From: Nitrosopumilus sp. | Lineage (GTDB): Archaea > Thermoproteota > Nitrososphaeria > Nitrososphaerales > Nitrosopumilaceae | Direction of reading: 5' to 3' | Assembly (NCBI GenBank): GCA_965203315.1 | Contig: CBDBCE010000004.1 | Span: 32,001-96,000 of the forward strand | Length of the DNA: 64,000 nucleotides | The notes under the pieces: model-generated | The model's input: only the letters and a program-made list of their open reading frames with translations | The model's database searches: none | What the model was told of the DNA's origin: nothing | Made by a program: the position numbers and the translations under genes | Shown: positions 63,450-64,000 of the stretch, in pieces | Numbering within the stretch: position 1 is the stretch's first letter | How the letters are laid out: each line of letters begins with the position of its first letter

Positions 63450-64000
63450 ATTTCTTCATGATCTTGGAGAAATGATTCAACATTAACTCTAAACTTCCAT
63501 CAGGTCCGGCCTTTGCATTGGCACCAATAATCTGTACGATATCACCGCTCTCAAACTTTGTTATCTCTCTTGCCACATCACGCCATCCTTTTATCCATAT
63601 GCTCTTGGACTCATCTTCTATGAAAGCTTCTGCTAATGAGACGGTCTCACCATTCTTTGTCTGAATCTCTCGCATCTCGGGCGGTTTTAAGATTATTCCT
63701 TCGACGCAGTATGTGCCGTTGATCTTTACATCTTGGATCCTAGTTCGCAGCTTGTCGATATTTGGAATAGAACCGTCGTCATCTAGTTTTCTTACCAACG
63801 AGTCGACATCAATAGTTATGGCACTACCATATGCTTTCGATGGCATACAATCTATGATGTCTCCTTCTTCAAAACTTGCCTGTCTTGCATAATCAGTAAT
63901 GTTGTATAGACTCTCATTTTTGTCCACAGCGAGGATCACGTCTCTGTCATCTCGCTGTACAATAGTTAAGACTCGTACTGTTATTGGTTCCGAGTCTTTG
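63421..64000 (-). CDS. RPA/SSB multi-OB-fold protein (C-terminal part, runs off the window)
   Basis: OB-fold pattern REIQTKNGETV..IEDES..IWIKGW...GDIVQI. Confidence 0.75.
   Translation of the reverse strand, partial: KDSEPITVRVLTIVQRDDRDVILAVDKNESLYNITDYARQASFEEGDIIDCMPSKAYGSAITIDVDSLVRKLDDDGSIPNIDKLRTRIQDVKINGTYCVEGIILKPPEMREIQTKNGETVSLAEAFIEDESKSIWIKGWRDVAREITKFESGDIVQIIGANAKAGPDGSLELMLNHFSKIMKKSTSPKSLDS

Noticed and set aside
1-64000. CRISPR array or cas genes
   Set aside because: No regularly spaced short repeats and no Cas motifs seen.

Overview
Archaeal window, most consistent with an ammonia-oxidising Nitrososphaerota (Thaumarchaeota, Nitrosopumilaceae-like). The basis is nuoL-nuoN, thaumarchaeal S-layer genes, a transketolase-Rpe fusion, bacterial-type MetK, ABCE1, Lsm, a stand-alone 5S rRNA and intron-containing tRNAs. 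The core backbone is interrupted by many mobile elements: an IS5-type element splitting a gene, an ISH3-type element, IS1595-type derivatives and a ~110-bp MITE family with at least 5 copies. There are also long, apparently decayed spacers. The most notable observations are: (1) a DUF3800 (RNase H-fold) gene with a convergent two-hairpin small RNA that has its own TATA box, a candidate RNA-protein toxin-antitoxin/defence module; (2) two S-layer paralogues with shared promoter/operator and near-identical C-terminal halves but divergent N-terminal/central parts, suggesting gene conversion; (3) a 2044-aa repeat surface protein with a G13 tract between its TATA box and start codon, a candidate for phase variation; (4) a two-intron tRNA-Trp and a T-loop-intron tRNA-Glu. 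All calls come from reading the sequence; no searches were run.
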